DNA of 20,000 nt, from IMG/VR virus record IMGVR_UViG_3300036760_000418. One strand, written 5' to 3'. Below, piece after piece: positions 1-9,010 of the stretch. A program made the translations under genes and the position numbers. Positions within the stretch are counted from its first letter, which is position 1. Each line of letters begins with the position of its first letter. The notes below the pieces were generated by a model. The model saw nothing but the letters and a program-made list of their open reading frames with translations, was not told the origin of the DNA and searched no databases. This DNA comes from an uncultured virus (IMG/VR IMGVR_UViG_3300036760_000418). Taxonomy: Duplodnaviria; Heunggongvirae; Uroviricota; Caudoviricetes.

Positions 1-468
1 CGTGGTCTAGTGGGTCTTGGGGCTGTGGCTCATGACTTGTCGAGTCGCGTGGGATCTCATGTTGCGTACACAAGCATGGGCAACTCGGCGTATATGGCCA
101 GCATTAGCCGAGGGGCAACCCGAGGTTTGGGCGGTACGTACGATGCGGGGGCCGCTGCGGTCCTGCGCTCTGCCGGGGTCATGCTGTCCAACGCTTCACA
201 GGATAGCACGGCGGCTTCTTTTACGGATGCTGTTGTTAATGTGAATGACCTGGCGGCGGTGGTCCCGTGGAATAATAATCCGGCTCTTGGTAACACGGTG
301 AGCAGTGCTGATCCGGGTGTTCCTCTGATGGTAGCTCTTAACGGGGGTGTTCAGGTTGTTCAGGTATCGCCCCTAAACCCCGAGTCGCAACCCGAAGCCA
401 AGAAACCTGAAGCCAAGAAACCCAAGGCGAAGCCCAAGGGTCTGGCCCAGAAGTCTAGTCGCTGGTGA
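1..468 (+). CDS. Hypothetical protein, probably 5'-truncated by the window edge. Ala/Gly/Ser/Val-rich with a Lys/Pro-rich C-terminal tail; possibly virion-associated.
   Basis: The frame is open from position 1 (CGT GGT CTA GTG...) to TGA at 466-468. It ends PEAKKPEAKKPKAKPKG and is followed by a strong terminator hairpin. Confidence 0.6.
   Translation, partial: RGLVGLGAVAHDLSSRVGSHVAYTSMGNSAYMASISRGATRGLGGTYDAGAAAVLRSAGVMLSNASQDSTAASFTDAVVNVNDLAAVVPWNNNPALGNTVSSADPGVPLMVALNGGVQVVQVSPLNPESQPEAKKPEAKKPKAKPKGLAQKSSRW
391..438 (+). repeat. Short coding tandem repeat: 15-bp unit CCYGAAGCCAAGAAA x2 plus a degenerate continuation, encoding PEAKK/PKAK
   Basis: cccgaagccaagaaa at 391-405, cctgaagccaagaaa at 406-420, then cccaaggcgaagcccaag. 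Confidence 0.7.
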
Positions 469-487
469 TCTGAGTCGTAGGTCCAGA

Positions 488-519
488 GGGGCGGCGGCCG
501 AGAGGCTTCCGCCCCTTTT
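488..519 (+). terminator. Rho-independent terminator
   Basis: GGGGCGG-cg-GCC-GAGA-GGC-tt-CCGCCCC-TTTT: GC-rich stem, GNRA tetraloop and U-tract, about 20 nt after the stop codon. Confidence 0.8.
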
Positions 520-545
520 CAATTTGGCCTCTGGTAATTATTTGG

Positions 546-558
546 CCGGTGTAGTAAA
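546..558 (+). promoter_or_regulatory. GGTGTA promoter-like motif upstream of tsf
   Basis: CCGGTGTAGTAAA is identical to 8994-9006. It is followed by an SD-like GGGGGAGGGA and ATG at 573. Confidence 0.65.
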
Positions 559-572
559 TAGGGGGAGGGATT

Positions 573-1172
573 ATGGCTACGTTAGAACAGATCAAAGAAG
601 TCCGTGCTCGGTCCGGTGTCGGGATGGACGCTTGCCGTAAGGCGCTCGAAGAGTCCGGCGGGGATGTCGAGGGAGCGTTGGAGCTGCTCAAGAAGCGTGG
701 CGTCATCAAGGCTGCGGAACGAGCTGGGCGGCTTGCCACTGAGGGTAAGGTGGTCCCTTACAACCACAGTGATGGGAAAATCGTGGCCGTGGTTGAGATC
801 AACTGCGAGACAGACTTTGCGGCGAAGTCCGAGGCCTTCAAGCAGTTCGCGGATTTGGTGTTGATGCAGATCACGGCGGCAGCCCCGTTGGCGGTGCGTG
901 AGCAGCAGGTCCCTCTGGACGTGTGGGAAGCTCAGCGGGCCGTGTTCCTGTCCCAGATCCCTGCGGACGCCCCTGAGGACCGGAAGGCGAAGATCCTTGC
1001 GGGCAAGTACACGAAGTGGTGCTCCGAGGTTTGCCTCTTGGATCAGGAGTCTGTGGTCGTCCCGGGTAAGACCATCGAGCAGCTTCGTGTGGAGCTGGGT
1101 GCCAAGCTTGGGGAGAACGTCACGATCCGTCGGTTCATCCGGTGGGAAGTTGGCGAGGGTCTCGGAACGTAA
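573..1172 (+). CDS. tsf: Translation elongation factor Ts, short form (199 aa)
   Basis: N-terminal IKEVRARSGVGMDACRKALEESGGDVEGALELLKKRG, the hallmark EINCETDFAAK, and C-terminal KLGENVTIRRFIRWEVGEG. Confidence 0.95.
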   Translation: MATLEQIKEVRARSGVGMDACRKALEESGGDVEGALELLKKRGVIKAAERAGRLATEGKVVPYNHSDGKIVAVVEINCETDFAAKSEAFKQFADLVLMQITAAAPLAVREQQVPLDVWEAQRAVFLSQIPADAPEDRKAKILAGKYTKWCSEVCLLDQESVVVPGKTIEQLRVELGAKLGENVTIRRFIRWEVGEGLGT

Positions 1173-1195
1173 AGGTTGGTGGTTGGTTATGTCTT

Positions 1196-1426
1196 TCAAG
1201 TATCAAGCTCAGATGCTGAACCAGATCGGGTTCTCTCAGAGATGCGTGAGTACGCCGTGAACGCGCTCTGGAAATCCTCCAAGAGTGGTTTATCTAGAGC
1301 TTGGATTTCAACCGTAATCTTGCCCCGGTTGCGGGTGCTGGCTTGATGGTGGCCGTCCGCCTGCAAAAAGCCTACAATGTAGGACAACTGTGGTATCTCT
1401 AAGAAGTGGTGGCCCATACTAACCAT
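1196..1426 (-). pseudogene. Truncated LAGLIDADG homing endonuclease remnant (76 aa)
   Basis: SYIVGFLQADGH is a LAGLIDADG-type helix, followed by RGKITVEIQALDKPLLEDFQ (strand and helix typical of the domain). The ORF stops before a full domain. It lies on the opposite strand and is more AT-rich than its flanks. Confidence 0.65.
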
Positions 1427-1469
1427 TTCTTAGAAATAGGATCTCAAGGTTGTGAGACCTGCTTTGGCG

Positions 1470-1475
1470 GGTGTA
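1470..1475 (+). promoter_or_regulatory. GGTGTA promoter-like motif; predicts a leaderless transcript
   Basis: GGTGTA-gtgctacct-ATG(1485): 9-nt spacer, no SD. Confidence 0.6.
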
Positions 1476-1484
1476 GTGCTACCT

Positions 1485-1847
1485 ATGTTCTCCCTCGAAG
1501 AAACCCTGACTTGGACCGCTGATGACGTTTTCGTCCGGATCAGGTTGGTGCTACCGCCTGGTTGGAAGCTAGAGTACGCCCTCGAAGAAGGCTGGCACTA
1601 CCTCAAAGTGCTGGATGCTGAGGGGGTGCAACAGTGGGCCGGGGAGCACGTGGACCCGAAATTGGCGGGTTTGGACGCCCTTGGGTGGCTAAAGCTGCGG
1701 GACTATCAGGTGAAAAACCCGGCGTGGCAACCTCGGGAACACGAGGTTCCGCACTACCGGCCGTCTGGGGTTGTGGTGTCATCTCAGCCTGACCCGGCGG
1801 ATTTGGACCCAAAGGAGATTGACGCGGTGTATAGGACCTCTCGTTGA
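1485..1847 (+). CDS. Hypothetical protein (120 aa)
   Basis: ORF track gives 1452..1847. Start moved to ATG 1485 (MFSLEETL...) because the GGTGTA-9nt-ATG geometry matches 9011 and 14441. Confidence 0.7.
   Translation: MFSLEETLTWTADDVFVRIRLVLPPGWKLEYALEEGWHYLKVLDAEGVQQWAGEHVDPKLAGLDALGWLKLRDYQVKNPAWQPREHEVPHYRPSGVVVSSQPDPADLDPKEIDAVYRTSR
1821..1834 (+). promoter_or_regulatory. GGTGTA promoter-like motif upstream of groEL, inside the 3' end of the preceding ORF
   Basis: GACGCGGTGTATAG is identical over 14 nt to 15311-15324. Confidence 0.55.
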
Positions 1848-3464
<1,617 letters not shown>

Positions 3465-3498
3465 TGGTCGTTAGCCCTTTGTTGAAACACCGTGATCG

Positions 3499-4092
3499 AT
3501 GGACTCACGGCTCCAACGGGTGGGTGGGACGCGGCTGACGCATATCCGGTATTCCGACGTGCCTCGGGTGGCTCAGGCCATCATAGATGCGATGGCCGGT
3601 CGGGCTCGGGTGCTGTCTGGGCGGTCACATACCACCCCGTATGTTGAATTCGTTCGGGATCAGGCTTACACGGTCGTGGTACGCGGGGACGATTGGCGCA
3701 AGATCTTCCCGTTTCTTCGCTACAGCTCGGCCTCGTATCGCCCGGTTATTCCGCCGGGGAATCAGCCGCCGCCAATTATGTCCCCGCAACCAAAGCGGAC
3801 TATGCAGCCTCCGCCGGTAAATCCAGCGGGTGGGCTCCAGTCCTTTTTGGAGGGCTTCCAGTTTGATGAGTACAGCAAGATCCAGAAATTGCTGACGACG
3901 ATTAACTTGGGTGGTGTAGACCACCCAAGTCCGGCATGGCGACCGTCAACTCCTTTTCCGGATCCCCCGTCACTGATCCCGCCGCAACAGCGTACCGATT
4001 CGTTCTCGTATACGGACACTGTGTTGTACAACCGTTTGGTTCAAGTGTTGCAGCAGCTCTTCCCGACGGATTTCCCCACGACAAATCTCTGA
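3499..4092 (+). CDS. Hypothetical protein with Pro-rich segments (197 aa)
   Basis: ATG-started ORF that fills the gap between groEL and the next ORF; no recognisable motif. Confidence 0.65.
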   Translation: MDSRLQRVGGTRLTHIRYSDVPRVAQAIIDAMAGRARVLSGRSHTTPYVEFVRDQAYTVVVRGDDWRKIFPFLRYSSASYRPVIPPGNQPPPIMSPQPKRTMQPPPVNPAGGLQSFLEGFQFDEYSKIQKLLTTINLGGVDHPSPAWRPSTPFPDPPSLIPPQQRTDSFSYTDTVLYNRLVQVLQQLFPTDFPTTNL

Positions 4093-4099
4093 GGTCTCT

Positions 4100-4315
4100 A
4101 TGCCCATCGATCCAGCCGGTACCGCCCCAGGCATTACGCCTAAGATTGAGGATCCTACGGTCCACAACATGCGTTGCAAGAGCTACCCGCAGTGTGACTC
4201 CATGACCTCTATCGAGATGAAGCACCAGGGTTTGCCTGCGGGTAGCCGGATGTACCAATGCACCAAGTGCAAACGTTCGTGGGGGATCCCTGTTGGTGGT
4301 TCTATCGACCTGTGA
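4100..4315 (+). CDS. Small zinc-ribbon protein (71 aa)
   Basis: CKSYPQC...YQCTKCKRSW gives two Cys pairs. SD-like GAGG at 4091-4094. Confidence 0.7.
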   Translation: MPIDPAGTAPGITPKIEDPTVHNMRCKSYPQCDSMTSIEMKHQGLPAGSRMYQCTKCKRSWGIPVGGSIDL

Positions 4316-4542
4316 GTGCAGGTGATTTCATTCGTTGCCCGCAATGTAGGGGCCAGCTTCTACCAAGTGGTGTAGAGGTCCATCGACACGTCTGTGAGGG
4401 TTGCGGTCAGAACTACCACGCAATCCTCCAGTTCGTTCCTGTGGATCCTATACGTAGGGTGGAAGGGTTGCTCGGTTCGGGTGATGCTACAGCAAGTCCA
4501 ACATCAGAAGGAGGGGACACGATTCCTTCGACGCTTCGTTGA
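4312..4542 (+). CDS. Small zinc-ribbon protein (~76 aa)
   Basis: GTG at 4312 overlaps the upstream TGA (GTGA coupling). CPQC...CEGC motif. The 3' end overlaps the holB start. Confidence 0.55.
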   Translation: MSAGDFIRCPQCRGQLLPSGVEVHRHVCEGCGQNYHAILQFVPVDPIRRVEGLLGSGDATASPTSEGGDTIPSTLR

Positions 4543-5431
4543 AGGGGGTCTAACCTCTCCGGTTCTGTTGGTAGGCAATGAGGGCGTGGGCCGACGCTTT
4601 TCTGTGCTGTGTGCGATTCGGGAGGCGTTCTGTGTTGGAACGCGAGAACCCGATTGCCCTTGTCCATCTTGCTACCAAATTCTCCATCAAGTGCACACGG
4701 ACGTGTTTGTGCACGAGGCTGGAGAGAAGGACATTGGCGTTGAAGAAGTTCGTGGGATCATCGAAGAAGCTAGAAATTATCCGACGGCGGCGGATATTCG
4801 CTGCTTTGTGATCGACGGTGCGGATCGCTTTACTTTGGCGGCAGCAAACGCTCTGTTGAAAACGCTCGAAGAACCGCCAGCTCGGGCCAGGTTTTTTCTG
4901 CTCGCTGAGTCATTGGAGCACGTTTTACCGACAATTCGTTCACGGTGTGGGGGCATACGCTACACGCCTTTGCCGGAAGATTTTGTTCTATCAGAGCTTC
5001 ATCGATACGAGCCTAACGACGCTAAAGCTCTTGTCTACGCACGCATGGGAGAGGGTTCGGTAGGCTCCGCTATCCGGTACTGCGGATCGGGGCGTCTTAC
5101 GCTTCGGGACCAAGTATTTAGGGTCCTCCAGTTAGCGCTGGGGAAAGACCTACCGTCTCTTTTTGCCTTGATTGATACGATGGATCAGGACTTGGTGCTG
5201 GCTTTGAAATTCTTGGATCAAGTCCTGCACGATGTTCTTATCGTCCGTGTAGATCCCATGCGAGTCATCAACTCGGACCGCGTTCAAGACCTCATCGCAA
5301 TGGGTCAAACCCCTACTCAAGTGTGGGCCACGCTAGCTCAGAAGGTGCGGGCTCTTAGAGCCCAGTACCGTGGGACGAGACTTCATTTATCCTTCCACCT
5401 TAAGACAATTCTCATCGAGCCCTTCATCTGA
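4484..5431 (+). CDS. holB: DNA polymerase III clamp loader delta' subunit-like
   Basis: Degenerate P-loop LLVGNEGVGRR, Zn cluster C...CPCPSC, AAANALLKTLEEP and the TIRSRC (SRC) motif. Likely start is ATG 4484 (MLQQVQHQ) rather than 4394. Confidence 0.88.
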   Translation: MLQQVQHQKEGTRFLRRFVEGGLTSPVLLVGNEGVGRRFSVLCAIREAFCVGTREPDCPCPSCYQILHQVHTDVFVHEAGEKDIGVEEVRGIIEEARNYPTAADIRCFVIDGADRFTLAAANALLKTLEEPPARARFFLLAESLEHVLPTIRSRCGGIRYTPLPEDFVLSELHRYEPNDAKALVYARMGEGSVGSAIRYCGSGRLTLRDQVFRVLQLALGKDLPSLFALIDTMDQDLVLALKFLDQVLHDVLIVRVDPMRVINSDRVQDLIAMGQTPTQVWATLAQKVRALRAQYRGTRLHLSFHLKTILIEPFI

Positions 5432-5443
5432 TCATCGAGCGTT

Positions 5444-6406
5444 ATGGCCCCGAAGGAATCATCATTCAGACCGTTTGTGGTTGCGTTTGGGGGCGAGGAC
5501 TTTTTCCTCGACCGGGATATCGAGAAGGCTCTTCAGGCCAAGCGTAGTGTTCTCAGGCTAGATGGCGAAGACGGCCTCACTGACGAGCAACTCGTAACGT
5601 TTTGCGAGCGGTACTCAGAGACCCCTCATATGATCATTGTGGACAATGCTCATAAAGTGAAGGGGGATAAGGCCCTTCGAGCTTTCATTGAGGCCAAAGA
5701 CATCGCGGACACTTCGTTGGTTCTTGTGGTGATTATACGCAGCGAGAAGCTCCCCGAGATCTGGTCTTTGGCTTCTTCTAAGGGTAAGGGCGTTGAGCGT
5801 AAGAAGCCTAAACCTTGGGAAACTGACTCCTACACTGACTTCATTCGACTTGAAGCAACGCGCTTACGTGTTGTGATCAGCGGTGACGTGTCCGCGCTGT
5901 TGCTCCAGTATGTGGGACCGGATTTTTACCGCCTCGCTAACGAGCTACGCAAGTTAGCGATCTATGTTGGGCAGGCGGGGACTATCACAAAAGAGCATGT
6001 CTCGTTGGTCACCACGCGGACCCCGAAAGCGGAGCCCTACCAGGTAGCCGAGGCTGTGCTGGCGAAGGATTCTCGTCTCGCCATGAATCTTTTTTCTGTG
6101 CTCTACATGAACTCCGGGGATGACGCGAACATTCCGGTTGTACGTGCGCTTATGAAGCAGATCGAGAAGACCGCCACCATTCGTAGCCTTCTTGATCGAG
6201 GTGTAAGTGAGGAGGACATTGCGGTCTTGCTGGGCATGAAGCCATGGCCTTTCAAGAATGTAGCGGCACCCCTTGCTCGAAAACACGATCTCAGGGCCCT
6301 AGTGCGTCACATGGGTCGCCTGTGCAAATTAGATGCAGATGTAAAGGGACCAGCACGGTCTAAGCGGACGTTAGTTGAACTGGCCATTTTGGGGATTGCT
6401 GAATAG
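5444..6406 (+). CDS. holA: DNA polymerase III clamp loader delta subunit-like (320 aa)
   Basis: N-terminal VAFGGEDFFL, LLQYVGPDFYRLANELRKLAIY, ITKEHVSLV and C-terminal LDADVKG...LVEL. Size matches HolA. Confidence 0.82.
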   Translation: MAPKESSFRPFVVAFGGEDFFLDRDIEKALQAKRSVLRLDGEDGLTDEQLVTFCERYSETPHMIIVDNAHKVKGDKALRAFIEAKDIADTSLVLVVIIRSEKLPEIWSLASSKGKGVERKKPKPWETDSYTDFIRLEATRLRVVISGDVSALLLQYVGPDFYRLANELRKLAIYVGQAGTITKEHVSLVTTRTPKAEPYQVAEAVLAKDSRLAMNLFSVLYMNSGDDANIPVVRALMKQIEKTATIRSLLDRGVSEEDIAVLLGMKPWPFKNVAAPLARKHDLRALVRHMGRLCKLDADVKGPARSKRTLVELAILGIAE

Positions 6407-6415
6407 GGAGCTTTC

Positions 6416-8707
6416 ATGGATCAGACTGCACTCACTGCGACCAACGGTAACGGTTCCAGCCTCTCGAAGTTCACTCGTAAGAGAGACGGCGTTACCCTGC
6501 AAGAGTTCGACACCTCTAAGCTAGCTAGGGCCATTCATGCCGCTTGGGTGGAGAGTGTTGGGACAGTGCGTGAGGGCGATATGGAAGCTGTCATCGCGAC
6601 GGTTCTTCAATCGTTGCACGCTAATGTGGTTGACGTGGAGACTGTTCAGGATGCGGTAGAAACTGCCCTTATGCGGCACGGTCAGTTTAAGGTCGCTAAG
6701 GCGTACATTCTTTACCGCCACCAGCGACAAGAGTTGAGAGCACTTCGTGAAAAGGCCGTGGATTCCAAGGGTATTTCGGACTACATCCACGCCAGTAAGT
6801 ACGCCAGGTATATCCCCGCGTTGAAGAGGCGCGAGTTGTACGCGGAGACCGTAGCTAGGGTAGAGGGCATGCACCTCGGGCAATTCCCGGAGATGCAGTA
6901 CGAGATCACGGAAGCCTTTAACTTGGTGCGTGAGAAACGGGTGCTTCCTAGCATGCGGTCCATGCAGTTCGGTGGGACGGCTATTCTGGCGAACCACAAC
7001 CGCATGTACAATTGCAGCTTTTCTTTGATCGACCGCATGGGTGCTTTTTCTGAAGCGCTCTACCTCCTTCTCTCCGGTTGCGGCGTGGGGTATTCTGTTC
7101 AGTTCGATCACGTCGAGAAGCTGCCCGCGATCAAGTACGTTGACCTCAAGAAAGTGGTCCATCATGTGGTGGCAGACACGATCGAGGGTTGGGCCAATGC
7201 CCTCAAGGCTCTGCTTCAGAGTTACCAGAGTGGTACCAACTTAGAGGTGAGCTATCACAAGATCAGGCCAGCGGGGACGCCTCTCAAGACCTCTGGCGGG
7301 GTTGCCCCAGGACACCTGAAGCTAAAGGAGTCCTTGGAGCGTATCCGTTCTGTTTTGTCTTCGGCGCAAGGCAGGAAACTTCGTCCTATTGAGTGCCACA
7401 GGATTTTGTGTCATGCCGCCGATGCTGTGCTCTCTGGCGGTATTCGCCGATCGGCTATGATCTGCCTGTTCTCGTTCGATGACTCTGAGATGATGTACGC
7501 GAAGACAGGTAACTGGTTCAGCGTGGATCCTTGGTTTGCGAACTCTAACAACTCCGTGGTTCTCAAGCGGGATGAGGTGAAGAAGAAGCAGTTCAAGAGG
7601 ATCTTCCAAATGACTCGGGAGTGGGGTGAGCCCGGGTTCTACTTCACAGCTAACTACGACTACGGGACTAACCCGTGTTGCGAAATTGGCTTGAATCCGA
7701 TCCTAGTGGTTGACGCTAAGCTCAAGGAGGAGGCGGCGGCGCAAGGGGTCACAGTAGAGGTGGGGGACACGCATACGGGTTGGGCCTTTTGCAACTTGTG
7801 CGAAATCAATGCAGCCAAGTTTTCCTCTTACGAGGATTTTGAGGCCGCAGCTAAGGCCGCAACTTTGATTGGCACCTTGCAAGCTTCCTACACGAAGATG
7901 CCTTACCTTGGTTGGGTTTCTGAGCAGATCGCTAAGAACGAGGCTTTGCTTGGTATCGGTATGACGGGCATGTTGGACGCCCCTGGTATTGCGTGTAACC
8001 CCGAGTACCAGAGGCGGGTGGCTGCTAAGATCAAGGTGTGGAACGCGGAGTACGCCGCTTTGTTGGGTATTCGTCCCGCCGCTCGGACCACCTGCGTTAA
8101 GCCGTCGGGTACCACGTCCTTGGAGCTGGGCTGCGTGGGCTCAGGGCATCACGCACACCATGCTCGTAGGTACATTAGGCGGGTAACCGCAGACGAGTTG
8201 GAGCCGGTGTTTCAAGCGTTCAAGGCTGTGAACCCGCACATGTGCGTGAAAAAGCCGGATGGCAAGTGGGTCATTGAATTTCCTGTGGAGGCTTCAGCTC
8301 AAGCCACCCTAAAGGACGACATTCAAGCGTTGCAGTTCCTGGACATGGTGAAGTCAACCCAGCAGAATTGGGTTCTTCCTGGGACAAGTGACGCCACGGG
8401 GTCCCCTGGTCTGAACCATAACGTGTCCAATACGGTCACGGTTCGTCCCGATGAGTGGGGGGACGTAGCTGATTATTTATGGTCGAATCGAGAGTTCTTT
8501 ACGGGGGTCTCTCTGCTTGCTAGCAGTGGGGATAAGGACTTCGCTTTCGTCCCGAATGAGGCTATCGTGACCGATGCCGATGAAAAACGTTGGAACGCGA
8601 TCTTGAGCGAGTACACGCCAGTCAACTACGCTTTGTTAGTTGAGGACGCCGACGGCACGTCTCTTACTAGCGAGCCCGCGTGTGCCGGTGGGTTGTGTCT
8701 GACTTGA
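6416..8707 (+). CDS. nrdJ: Class II (adenosylcobalamin-dependent, monomeric RTPR-like) ribonucleotide reductase with N-terminal ATP cone
   Basis: ATP cone (KRDG...FDTSKL...VETVQDAVETALM...KAYILYR), VLPSMR, YNCS, GGIRRSAMI, GTNPCCEI, FCNLCEIN, TTCVKPSGT and the C-terminal Cys pair ACAGGLC. No beta-subunit gene is adjacent. Confidence 0.88.
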   Translation: MDQTALTATNGNGSSLSKFTRKRDGVTLQEFDTSKLARAIHAAWVESVGTVREGDMEAVIATVLQSLHANVVDVETVQDAVETALMRHGQFKVAKAYILYRHQRQELRALREKAVDSKGISDYIHASKYARYIPALKRRELYAETVARVEGMHLGQFPEMQYEITEAFNLVREKRVLPSMRSMQFGGTAILANHNRMYNCSFSLIDRMGAFSEALYLLLSGCGVGYSVQFDHVEKLPAIKYVDLKKVVHHVVADTIEGWANALKALLQSYQSGTNLEVSYHKIRPAGTPLKTSGGVAPGHLKLKESLERIRSVLSSAQGRKLRPIECHRILCHAADAVLSGGIRRSAMICLFSFDDSEMMYAKTGNWFSVDPWFANSNNSVVLKRDEVKKKQFKRIFQMTREWGEPGFYFTANYDYGTNPCCEIGLNPILVVDAKLKEEAAAQGVTVEVGDTHTGWAFCNLCEINAAKFSSYEDFEAAAKAATLIGTLQASYTKMPYLGWVSEQIAKNEALLGIGMTGMLDAPGIACNPEYQRRVAAKIKVWNAEYAALLGIRPAARTTCVKPSGTTSLELGCVGSGHHAHHARRYIRRVTADELEPVFQAFKAVNPHMCVKKPDGKWVIEFPVEASAQATLKDDIQALQFLDMVKSTQQNWVLPGTSDATGSPGLNHNVSNTVTVRPDEWGDVADYLWSNREFFTGVSLLASSGDKDFAFVPNEAIVTDADEKRWNAILSEYTPVNYALLVEDADGTSLTSEPACAGGLCLT

Positions 8708-8713
8708 GGCTTT

Positions 8714-8974
8714 ATGGATCTAGGTATTCTCGTTGAAGGCGTGGTAGAGCTGGACCCGATGAGCGGCCGTATGGTGCTTCGGGTCCAGCAAGTGGACGGT
8801 TCAAACACGTTTCTGGACGTGCAGGAGCAACTGGAGCGTTACAAGGGCGAGGAAATCCGTTTCATTGTGACGCCCCAGAGGTCCATCCAGGAGCTTGCCC
8901 GTATGGTGGAAAGCGGGGAGCTTCCGGTCGATCAGGTTCCTACGCTGAAAGCGCCCGGGACCACGACGCATTAG
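8714..8974 (+). CDS. Hypothetical protein (86 aa) with weak resemblance to SPbeta YonK-like small proteins
   Basis: GAGG SD precedes the ATG. The pattern VEGVVELD...LDVQEQLERYKGEEIRFIV suggests the family, by eye only. Confidence 0.65.
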   Translation: MDLGILVEGVVELDPMSGRMVLRVQQVDGSNTFLDVQEQLERYKGEEIRFIVTPQRSIQELARMVESGELPVDQVPTLKAPGTTTH

Positions 8975-8993
8975 ACTGGAATTTTCGGAAGCT

Positions 8994-9006
8994 CCGGTGT
9001 AGTAAA
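8994..9006 (+). promoter_or_regulatory. GGTGTA promoter-like motif; predicts a leaderless ligA transcript
   Basis: GGTGTA(8996-9001)-gtaaagggc-ATG(9011): 9-nt spacer; 13-nt identity with 546-558. Confidence 0.65.
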
Positions 9007-9010
9007 GGGC

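Noticed and set aside
1485..1847. ORF upstream of groEL as a possible GroES
   Set aside because: It has no PLxDRV or GxVxAVG GroES motifs, and its Trp-rich composition is unlike Cpn10.
4394..4483. ORF-track N-terminal extension of holB (and likewise 1452 for ORF1485 and 16981 for recA)
   Set aside because: The extensions overlap upstream genes or promoter motifs. Recognisable domain sequence or SD/promoter geometry supports the later ATGs.
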